Source of the DNA: Octopus sinensis
Lineage: Eukaryota
NCBI RefSeq assembly: GCF_006345805.1
Contig: NW_021827529.1
Location: 1 to 28,112, forward strand
Direction: 5' to 3'
Length of the DNA: 28,112 bases
How positions within the stretch are numbered: position 1 is the first letter of the stretch; every line of letters starts with the position of its first letter. This document shows positions 1 through 9,100 of the stretch, piece by piece. The position numbers were made by a program, and so were the translations under genes. The notes below the pieces were generated by a model. The model worked only from the letters and a program-made list of their open reading frames with translations, made no database searches and had not been told where the DNA came from.

Positions 1-142
1 GTTTCGCCATTACCTTCTGCCGGAGCCGCGTTGAGCTTAGATGTTTGGCTCATAAACACACACATCATCCGGTCTGAGATTCGAACCCTGGATCCCTCGA
101 CCACGAGTCCGCTGCTCTAACCACTAGGCCATGTGCCTCCAC
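1..142 (-). mobile_element. tRNA-headed SINE family A, subfamily A2; 5' part, runs off window
   Basis: Reverse complement reads GTGGAGGCACATGGCCTAGTGGTTAGAGCAGCGGACTCG...GGTTCGAATCTC (A-box and B-box-like). Homologous to 14782-15081 and 26898-27200. Confidence 0.85.
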
Positions 143-179
143 ACGTATCCGAATCTCACAAACTAAGCAGCAAAAATGG

Positions 180-1600
180 TTAGTGAGATTTGTGAAACTG
201 CTGTTTAGGTTTTAAGATATCATCAATATTTTCTTTGGAATTGCTGCATCCAACCAAGAGAATTCCTTTCAGTTGGTCATCAGTCAAGCTCGTTCGATGC
301 GCTTACTGCACAGATATAAGTTGTTCCAAACACTGATGCCATGCCAAAGGCAAATGTCTTCAAATTTGAAAACTCATCATCAGGTAAACAACGATAAGAT
401 TCAACAAGTTTTCCTCCTCTGTGCTTCTCTTTCAACAAGTTAATTGCTTGCAAATCAATTAGCATCATTTGTACGTCATCAAGTTTGCAATTAAACGGAT
501 TCTAGAACAGAAGAATGTCATTCTCAATCTTGTCGAGATCTGAAAATTCCTGCAAAAAATGCTTATTTAAATCGCGAATAATCTTCTTCGGGAACTAAAG
601 GTTGAGATCTTTTTGCGATTCCCGCGCGAAGCTCTTTAAAATACTGAAAATGAGAGAAGTTTCCTCCTTCCAGTTGTACTTGAAACAATGATAGCTTTCT
701 CTGAAATCTTTTGATGATTCTGTAGAGATCACAGATAAGGTTATCCTTTCCCTGAAGTTTCAAGTTCAATTCATTCATCTGGGATGTGATGTCAACTATA
801 AATGATAACTTTGAGTGCCAAGGAAAGATCTGACAGAAGTGGATCAGTTCTATCCTTTTCAGTGAGAAGAATATCTATTACTGTTCGGAGATTTAAAAAA
901 AAACAAAAAACGAAAGAGGATTTTATCGCAGCTGAGCCACTTAACTGCTGTGTGATAAGGTAACTCACAGAATTCAGAATCAATTTCATCAAGTAAAGCC
1001 TAGGACTGGCGGTGATTAAGGGCATGACCCCGAATGAAGTTCACCGCAGAACGACTGGTTTCAGTTCGCAAGAAATACCTGTCTTTCCCACAGAGTGCTT
1101 GGTGATGTATGATGTAATGTATCAAAGAGCAGCCATGTTTTTACCTACATCAAGTGTAACACATCGAAACCGATTCCGCTGAAGGTTATAGCCTTGCAAA
1201 ATTTTCTGCACTTCCATAAAAATGTCTTCTCCAGTTGTTGTTCTGCGCACGCTGCAAATGGATGCCAAATCCTTTGTGATCTGAAAGTCCAAATTGACAT
1301 CACGAATGAATACGAGAAGTTGTGACATATTCGAGAGATCAGTAGACTCATCCAACACCGGAGAATACCGCAAGTAGTTCCTAACTTTCTCGCGTATCTG
1401 TAGCACTATGTTCTCTCGAAGTTCTTCAGTTCTCCGCACAGCTGAACTTGCCGAAAGGTTGATACTTACGAGCAACACAAGTCATTTGCTGCTTCCATCA
1501 TACACTCTTTGGTGAGGTTGTCGCTCTGCCATCTTATGCACTATTTTGTCACTTATAGGTGTGACAGATTCATTTTCAGCAAACATTCTCGTGAAGAGAA
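180..1600 (-). mobile_element. Decayed hAT DNA transposon transposase (SPIN/Charlie/GTF2IRD2-like), frameshifted
   Basis: Minus-strand fragments in the expected order: KECMMEAANDLC, NLSASSAVRRTEEL, LDESTDLSNMSQLLVFIR (first catalytic Asp region), an HxIxHQ-like motif, LPYHTAVKWLS, ELNLKLQGKDNLICDLY, FGTTYIC (dimerisation domain), and terminal KQQFHKSH* with the stop at 180-182. Several frameshifts and stops. Confidence 0.9.
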
Positions 1601-1715
1601 TGTTTAAAAATGGCAATGCAAGTTAAAACATAATCTCTGCACGAATGAACTCTCGTTGCAGGTACTTGCACAAAAATGCAGCAGCGGACTGGATGAACTG
1701 ACCTCACGGCACAGA

Positions 1716-1912
1716 TCGGTGATCAGAGAGGCGCTTGAAGTTGAGTTACTACTCTTTCGAATTGAGCGATCACAGCTATTCACTGTTGAACTAAGGCTAA
1801 AGGACCGTGTAGTGACTGGTATATCAAATATAAACAAGATTGTCACAACTGGAGCACCAATAATCATAAGTCTGCTTGATTAAGGCTAACCCAGGGCTAA
1901 ATAACAAACAAC
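1716..1912 (+). mobile_element. RTE-clade LINE 3' fragment
   Basis: SVIREALEVELLLFRIERSQL resembles the RTE/Expander C-terminal motif REELGVEPLLLRIERSQLRW (recalled). It is followed by a 3'-like stretch ending ...CCAGGGCTAAATAACAAACAAC. Confidence 0.5.
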
Positions 1913-2253
1913 TAGACAAAAACAAAATAAAAAGCGTATCGAGTAGAAAGCCAACCAAAATGACCCTTGCATATACTAGAAACTGGAGGGTACAATAAAA
2001 GAAAAATGGTGGTGGTGGTGGTGGTGGTGGAGAGTCCTGGGAGAAAGAGAGAAAGAAAAAGGGAGAGTAACAATCAGACAAATACAGAGATAGTCAAATA
2101 AAAGGGTATAGATTGATAAGACATGCAGGAGACCCGAGCCTTTTGTCCTGCTATGCAATCTGAAACGAAGATTTGTCTCTATTTATTTATTTATTCATCT
2201 ATTCAGTAATTCTCAAGTTATTCAGATATTCTTGTTCTGCATTGAATCGCTTG

Positions 2254-2443
2254 ACGTTTGCGTTTGTTAAGAACTCATATACATATACATACATATATAT
2301 ACATACATAGAAAAGGCATATATGTATGCATGTTTGTATAAAGATGTGTATGTGTGTAAGTATGTATGTATTATGTATGTATGTATGTAAAGCTGTATAT
2401 GTGTGTGTATGTGTATGCATGAGTTCTTAACAAAAGCTAACGT
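2254..2443. repeat. Fold-back inverted repeat enclosing (CATA)n/(TATG)n microsatellite
   Basis: 2254-2278 ACGTTTGCGTTTGTTAAGAACTCAT pairs with 2419-2443 ATGAGTTCTTAACAAAAGCTAACGT at 23/25 positions; the inner 16 bp are perfect. Confidence 0.8.
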
Positions 2444-3340
2444 GTGTGTAATATATATATCATATATATATATATATATTATATATATGTGTGTGTGTGG
2501 TTGTGTGTGGTGTGTGTATACGTAGTGGTGAGAGCTAGTGAAAAGAAGAATGAAAACAAGGCGAAAGAAAGCAGATTGTTTTGACAAGGGCGTGTATATC
2601 GCCACTTTTTCAACACGTCAGTACCACGTCCTAACCAACCAGCCTCCTTAGATATAATAAATGAAGGAAACGAAAAGAAACAAGAGAGAGAAAAATAAAT
2701 ATAAAAAAAAGCAAGGAAGGAATTGGGGTAGAGGTTGTAAAATGTTAATGCCATTTTTTTTCTAAGTTGCTATGCGTATTTTTTTGTCTTCGCCTCTTAT
2801 TCTTTCGTTGTTTTTGTTTTTTCAATGAGGTTGGAGGTTTCTCATTTTACCAAGTGTACTGAAAAACTTTTCCTCCTTCCTCTCCAAATACCCTTCGACA
2901 GTCGCTACAAAATGCATCCAATTTCTTCCCGTCAGTCCAGCCAATCCATTCATTCATGTAAACCCGTCTGTCTTTCCATGCCTCCATCCAGACACACGTC
3001 CAATCAGCCATCTTGCTATACATCCATTCACACATACATGCATACATACATAGAGACGGCCGGACTCCTTGAGTGACTGATGGACAGACAGACAGACAGT
3101 CAGATAGATGCCTAAGAGGCAATCTGGAAAAGTAGGGGTTTTCTGAAAAGGAAATCAACTAGCTAACATGCGCAATACAAACACAATCAACACAGCATGT
3201 AAGCGGAACAGTAAAAATATGCAAGACCTTTATCAAGTTTTAAAACGTTTCTACGTTCTGGTGATAGAGCTTTATATCTTTGTTATAAACGAACTCCTTC
3301 CTTATAAGAAGACTTCAACGAATTAAGAAGGGAGCAAACG

Positions 3341-3371
3341 TACATACATACATACTACATACATACATACA

Positions 3372-3404
<33 letters not shown>

Positions 3405-3424
3405 GCATGCATACATACATACAT
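3341..3424. repeat. (CATA)n microsatellite
   Basis: Direct reading. Confidence 0.95.
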
Positions 3425-3425
3425 A

Positions 3426-3580
3426 GGCGCAGGAGTGGCTGTGTGGTAAGTAGCTTGCTTATCAACCACATGGTTCCGGGTTCAGTCCCACTGCGTGGCA
3501 TCTTGGGCAAGTGTCTTCTACTATAGCATCGGGCCGACCAATGCCTTGTGAGTGGATTTGGTTGACGGAAACTGAAAGAA
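3426..3580 (+). mobile_element. tRNA-headed SINE family B, 3'-truncated
   Basis: GGCGCAGGAGTGGCTGTGTGGTAAG...GGGTTCAGTCCC...CTTGGGCAAGTGTCTT. Matches five other copies; stops at CTGAAAGAA where the palindrome begins. Confidence 0.9.
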
Positions 3581-3616
3581 GTTCGGAATTACAGACGCGT
3601 CTGTAATTCCGAACTT
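3579..3616. repeat. Perfect 38-bp palindrome
   Basis: AAGTTCGGAATTACAGACGCGTCTGTAATTCCGAACTT equals its own reverse complement; centre at 3597/3598. Confidence 0.97.
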
Positions 3617-4409
3617 TTCCATATATTGTTCGCCAAAGTTCCTTTAATAAATACAATGGTCGAGAAATCCTTTAGGTGCATGCACTGGCAAAAACACACC
3701 TTTCACTCATATGAATAATGATTAATATAGATAACCTCCTTGAATTTTAATAATATAATCCCATTTATATATCACCTCCATAGTTAATTTTTATACTCTT
3801 AAAGGACTACTACCCAATCCATTGAGGTATGTTTTACCTTTGTCTCTCTACCTCCCTCCTCTCTCTCTCTCTTTCCCTCTCTCTATCGTAAGCACAATCA
3901 AACACACAGACACAAACCTGTCACTTCATCACTGTCTATTTTTGGCATCTACCCAACCACACACACAATCACCCACACACATACACATTCATAGACATTA
4001 ATGCAGTTATATACATACACACACATAGGCACTCATTCACAAAAGAAAACAACAAAATCACCATTCATATTACCTGCACCCTATCACCTTCCTATTCTTA
4101 GACCTACCTCCTCCAACCTTGTTTGAACCCTTGAACCTTCTAGAATCTTCTACATTCAACCATTTTTGACGTCACTGCTTATAACGGAATATTTTAAAGA
4201 AACACTCATTATCGCTATGGGCTCCGTGTGGGCAGTCATCTAAAAGTTTTTGTGCATCTTGATGCTGACATAAGTCCCTTGTTTTTGCTGATGAGAAGGC
4301 GGCATAATGCACCCCTTATTCCTTCGAAATTAGGAATATGCAGCCTTCGAAACATATGTCGAAAATAAAGGAATTTTGTTAATTCGTCGTTCAACTCCAT
4401 TCTTTCATT
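3581..4409 (+). mobile_element. Penelope-like element (PLE) 3' remnant
   Basis: Plus frame ...NKYNGREIL*VHALAKTHLSLI loosely resembles the C-terminal RE(I/L)xExxxI..xPxLN helix of PLE GIY-YIG endonucleases. It is followed by a low-complexity UTR, a hammerhead motif at 4288-4360 and a (TA)n tract, with an inverted 5' junction. Confidence 0.5.
4277..4371 (+). ncRNA. Type I hammerhead ribozyme motif with extended helix II
   Basis: CTGATGA (4288-94). Helix II GAAGGCGGCATA/TATGCAGCCTTC (11/12). GAAA (4349-52). Palindromic helix III ACATATGT. GTC cleavage triplet ending at 4360. Helix I imperfect (8/11, mismatch at the first pair). Confidence 0.7.
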
Positions 4410-4429
4410 TATATATTATATATATGTTA

Positions 4430-4492
<63 letters not shown>
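4410..4492. repeat. (TA)n microsatellite
   Basis: Direct reading. Confidence 0.95.
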
Positions 4493-4494
<2 letters not shown>

Positions 4495-4886
4495 CGTAGG
4501 AGTGACTGTGTGGTAAATAGCTTGCTTACCAACCACATGGTTCCGGGTTCAGTCCCATTGCGTGGCACTTTAGGCAAGTGTCTTTTACTATAGCCTCAGG
4601 CCGATCAAAGCCTAGTGAGTGGATTTGGTAGATGGAACCTGAAAGAAGTCCGTCGTATATATGTATGTGTGCGTGTGTGTCCGTCCGTTTGTGTGTCCGT
4701 GTTTGTCCCCTAAACATCGCCTGACAACCGATGCTAGTGTGTGTGTGTGTGTGTGTCCGTAACTTAGCTGTTCGGCAAAAGAGAGCGATAGAATAAGTAC
4801 TAAGCTTACAAAGTCCTGAGGTCGATTTGCTTGACTTAAGGCTGTGCTTCAGCATGGCCACAGTCAAATGACTGAAACTAGTAAAA
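4493..4886 (+). mobile_element. SINE family B, full length
   Basis: Head GGCGTAGGAGTGACTGTGTGGTAA through tail CAGTCAAATGACTGAAACTAGTAAAA; TA-rich on both sides. Confidence 0.9.
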
Positions 4887-5118
4887 TAATATATATATAT
4901 ATATATATGAGAATGAAACATTTGGCGAGTAAAAAAAGCGTAAAATGATACTAAAAAAATAACTAGGAAGCAGGAATTAAGTAATCAAATTCATTAGTTT
5001 CTCCGAAGAAGCTATAAAGTGATGCACGGGTTTACAGCTCCAAGTGCATTGCATCTATTAGCAGAAACAGTTGTAAGCTAATGCGGTTGATTACGTTGTT
5101 CCGATCCCTTGTGATTTC

Positions 5119-5120
<2 letters not shown>

Positions 5121-5200
<80 letters not shown>
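5121..5200. repeat. (TG)n microsatellite
   Basis: Direct reading. Confidence 0.95.
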
Positions 5201-5202
<2 letters not shown>

Positions 5203-5315
5203 CAGGGGGTATTCTGAGCAAATATACATAGCTATGTTCACTACCCAACATATGGAGTTTTATATCGGGAAAAACCATTTTCGTATAACGTTAAACTACT
5301 ATATTTTTGTATGCC

Positions 5316-5353
<38 letters not shown>

Positions 5354-5399
5354 TTTTTCCATGTGTATGTAGGTGTGTGTTCTAATTTCTACGTGTAAA

Positions 5400-5461
5400 T
5401 ATACATATAGATATATACAATACATAAATAAATATATATATATATATATATATTATATATG

Positions 5462-5493
<32 letters not shown>

Positions 5494-5609
5494 AATATAT
5501 TTATGTATATATACACATATACTTATATATGTATGGATATATATAAAACTATATATATATTTATATATTCATAAATATGTAACTATACATATGTATTTAT
5601 TCACACACT

Positions 5610-5658
<49 letters not shown>
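5400..5658. repeat. Imperfect (TA)n tract
   Basis: Direct reading. Confidence 0.9.
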
Positions 5659-5660
<2 letters not shown>

Positions 5661-6408
5661 GCACACACATACACACAAACACAGAGTGTGTGAGTGCGCG
5701 CGCGCATACGTGTGTGTGTGTGTACATATAAAACTGAAATCATTTTCTTTGATGTCATTGAACTTTATTATTCGTGACTGAGAAGGGTTAAAACGATTTC
5801 CTTCAAACGTTCAATACGATATTGTCTGCAGTTTTTCATCTCAATATACTGCAGTCAAAGGTTAGGTTATTTAACAGAGAGAGAAAAAAAAAAGCAAAGT
5901 GTTTTGTTCTCAGATAAAAATTTTCATCAAAGAGTAACAGTCTGTTCTTGGCCATTTTAAATGTAATTATATCTATTTTTAGCATTTATATTAGTTGTAG
6001 AACGTACGTACGTATTGGTCTGTATATACGAAAGCCGGTGTAAGTGAATGGTTGTGTGTGCGTGTATACAAGTCGTTTTATTATAGAATATAGAAACTGT
6101 GAGAGGCGTGAAGTTATTCGTTTTCAAGTGTGGAACTCGAAGTAGATGAAGCTATAAATAACAGACTGGTTTAAAAATACCGTGTGTGTCTGTGTGTGTA
6201 GGTGTTTATGTGTGTCCTTGTGTGCGCATATTCGCTGGTGTGTTTCTTTCTACTTTGATGTACATATTCAACTTTGCATTTCGCTGAAACTTAGAAAAGT
6301 CTCATGCCTTAGAAGTTCAGACCGATACACAGACACACACACAAAACACATCATACATAGAGCGAAACAAATAGATAAATAGATATCTCTGTGTGTGCGT
6401 GTGTGTGG

Positions 6409-6439
<31 letters not shown>

Positions 6440-6444
6440 GACTC

Positions 6445-6630
6445 ATGTGCTTGTCTTGTACTGTTCTTTTCCTTCTCTCTAGACTTCAGTCTCTTTCCTC
6501 TTTCTGACGAGGAGCTTAGGCTCGAAACGTCAGATCCCTTTTTTTTTCTCCACATCTTAAATTTTCCCTGAGATTCAATCTAATACGTTCACTGTATGCC
6601 CCACTTGGCTTTTATAGTTTTCCTGCTTTT
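6445..6630 (+). mobile_element. Non-autonomous PLE-like fragment with minimal hammerhead
   Basis: Alignable by eye with 15181-15330 on both sides of the hammerhead motif. Confidence 0.6.
6501..6535 (+). ncRNA. Minimal hammerhead ribozyme motif (PLE type)
   Basis: CTGACGA (6505-11), one extra G, GAGC-TTAG-GCTC, GAAA, C-GT-C (cut after 6532). All core nucleotides are intact; helix I is only 3 bp. Confidence 0.65.
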
Positions 6631-7153
6631 ATTATTGACCTGCACACTCACGCACACGCACACACATGCATAACTTGAACGAGCGTTTTATAGAGAGGGA
6701 GTGAATGTTTAGAAATTTCTTATTTCAATTCTCAAGCCTTTTCCCGTATTCGGTTAATTGAAACTGTGTTTTACGAAACTTATATTTTCATTTCAATAGA
6801 TTTATTTTAGCTCTCCACTTGGGAAAGTCTCTCCTACTTCTTTGCACTTGAATGTTTACACCTACCCCGCAACACACACACACAAACACGCAATGTGTGT
6901 GTGTGTTTGTGCAGGCATACGTATAACATTTATGGGTGGGCGTGCGTGAGTTATTTGGGAGAAGTAATATGTCAGTAGTTATATTTATATTTAATTCTAT
7001 TAAAAAACGAATAAATCAATTTAATTTAACACTATGACAACGTTAATACACCATTTCAGTGACGGATTGTTCCATAAGAAGCTTTTACAGATATATACGT
7101 TTATAAATAGGTTTATTTGAGTCAAATATCTATAATTGCATATGTAGGCTTTC

Positions 7154-7154
<1 letters not shown>

Positions 7155-7232
<78 letters not shown>

Positions 7233-7348
7233 TATATATATATATATAGTTAATCCAAACAAGAAAACACACAAAAAAAAAAAAAACATAGCAATGCGAG
7301 GACGTGGAACAAATAAAGTATTATTGGACGCTCAGGAAAGGAGGGAAG

Positions 7349-7428
<80 letters not shown>
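7155..7428. repeat. Two (TA)n tracts around a short spacer
   Basis: Direct reading (7155-7250 and 7350-7428). Confidence 0.9.
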
Positions 7429-7653
7429 CACGTAAGTACGTATTTATGAATGCACGTGGTATGTATGAATCTATGTATGTGCGTACGAACTTATGTATGT
7501 ATATACGTATGTATGCGTGTACGTTTGTGTCCATATGTATTTCTGTCAATCTATCTATTATCTATTTATCTAACTGTCTAACTATATACCTATCTATCTA
7601 TCTATTTGTTAATCTATCGAGACATATTCGGGCGGATGTTTAATGAAAGAATG

Positions 7654-7747
7654 GATCTTTTCTACTCTAGGCGCAAGACCCGAAATTTTTGGGGAGGGAG
7701 CCAGTCGATTAAATCCACCCCAGTATGCAACTGGTACTCAATTTATT
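7654..7747 (-). mobile_element. SINE family C, 5'-truncated, with 15-bp target-site duplication
   Basis: Matches the family C 3' part (TTTCTACTCTAGGCGCAAGACCCGAAATT...CTGGTACT). Flanked by TTTAATGAAAGAATG at 7639-7653 and 7748-7762. Confidence 0.8.
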
Positions 7748-8117
7748 TTTAATGAAAGAATGAGAGATAATGAGACAGGGGCGGAACAAAGGAACAGAAA
7801 AGTTGATGGACAATAGTAGAGCAGAAGTGAAAATCGAATATATAGTGCGCATGCGTATGTGGCAAGAAAAGAAGAAAAAAAGCAGCATTATTGAATTTAT
7901 ATGCAGCGTCAACATATATTCGAACGCCTGCAGCAAATGACTGAAATCTGTCTGTCTTTCTTTATATGTCTACAGAGAGAGAAAGATTAAGAGAAGAAGT
8001 GAGAAAGAGATGCACACGCACATACATACACTCTGAGACATACATCCACATGCGCACACACACACACACATGCACACATACATACACGCACAACACACAC
8101 ATATATATATATATATG

Positions 8118-8175
<58 letters not shown>

Positions 8176-8711
8176 ATATGCATGTGGGTGGAAATATGCA
8201 AAATCTGTTAAATGTGTTAAGTCATGTGTAATTAAACAATTAGACCATTAAATCATTAAATCATTATTCTTACTTCATGCTGAGTTCTAAGCGGCCCTCT
8301 GGGGATACTCTGTGGGTCAAAGGCCAGGGGTGATGCGTAAATAGGCTAACATGTGATTTAAAGTAAAATATGTATTTATATAAATACCAGCTGTGTTTGC
8401 AGGTTAAATGTGGAGTCAGCATGTTATCATAAATAGTTTATAATTAGTTAATATTTTCTTAAATTGCTGACAAAATATATGGTGCTTGTCGTTTGATATT
8501 CGTAAGGTAGGACGACGAAGAGGAGGGTCAAGAAAGACATGGTTCTTGGCCCTCCCAGAGTCAATTGCACATTGGTGCGATACATGTGTATGACGCAAAT
8601 CTATATTTCCGGGAACAAAGAAGTAATAAAACAGAAGATATATTGTCTTGGAGGGAATTATATATCATTTCAGAGAAGTATTTACCACATGATGTATATA
8701 TATGCAGCTAT

Positions 8712-9100
8712 GTGGAGGCGCAATGGCCCAGTGGTTAGGGCAGCGGACTCGCAGTCGTAGGATCGCGGTTTCGATTCCCAGACCGGGCGTTGTGAGTGTT
8801 TATTGAGCGAAAACACCTAAAGCTCCACGAGGCTCCGGCAGGGGATGGTGGTGATCCCTGCTGTACTCTTTCACCACAACTTTCTCTCACTCTTACTTCC
8901 TGTTTCTGTTGTACCTGTATTTCAAGGGGCCGGCCTTGTCACTCTCTGTGTCACGCTGAATATCCCCGAGAACTACGTTAAGGGTACACGTGTCTGTGGA
9001 GTGCTCAGCCACTTACACGTTAATTTCACGAGCAGGCTGTTCCGTTGATCGGATCAACCGGAACCCCCGTCGTCGGAACCGACGGAGTGCTTCCATCCAT
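8712..9100 (+). mobile_element. SINE family A, subfamily A1, full length
   Basis: tRNA-like head GTGGAGGCGCAATGGCCCAGTGGTTAGG...GGTTTCGATTCC; tail GACGGAGTGCTTCCATCCAT; homologous to 15911-16184. Confidence 0.9.

Noticed and set aside
1935-2760. Possible PLE-end or HHR relics on the minus strand (about 1935-1985 and 2570-2655)
   Set aside because: Only short stems with no intact core motif.
2847-2960. Minus-strand KKLDAFCSDCRR resembling RTE 'LEAF..RCLRRI'
   Set aside because: Only a few residues match, with no further RT-like context.
3200-3340. Minus-strand hammerhead-like string (...TAAGGAAGGAGTTCG...GAACGTAGAAACGTT)
   Set aside because: The CUGANGA core is not recognisable and helix II is irregular; too degenerate to call.
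5694-5730. Alternating purine-pyrimidine run with (CG)5, Z-DNA-prone
   Set aside because: Ordinary in a genome this rich in dinucleotide repeats.
8712-8790. tRNA-like sequences at SINE heads (also 15911, 26898, 3426, 4493)
   Set aside because: They have A and B boxes but no paired acceptor stem, and they continue into repeated SINE bodies; not tRNA genes.
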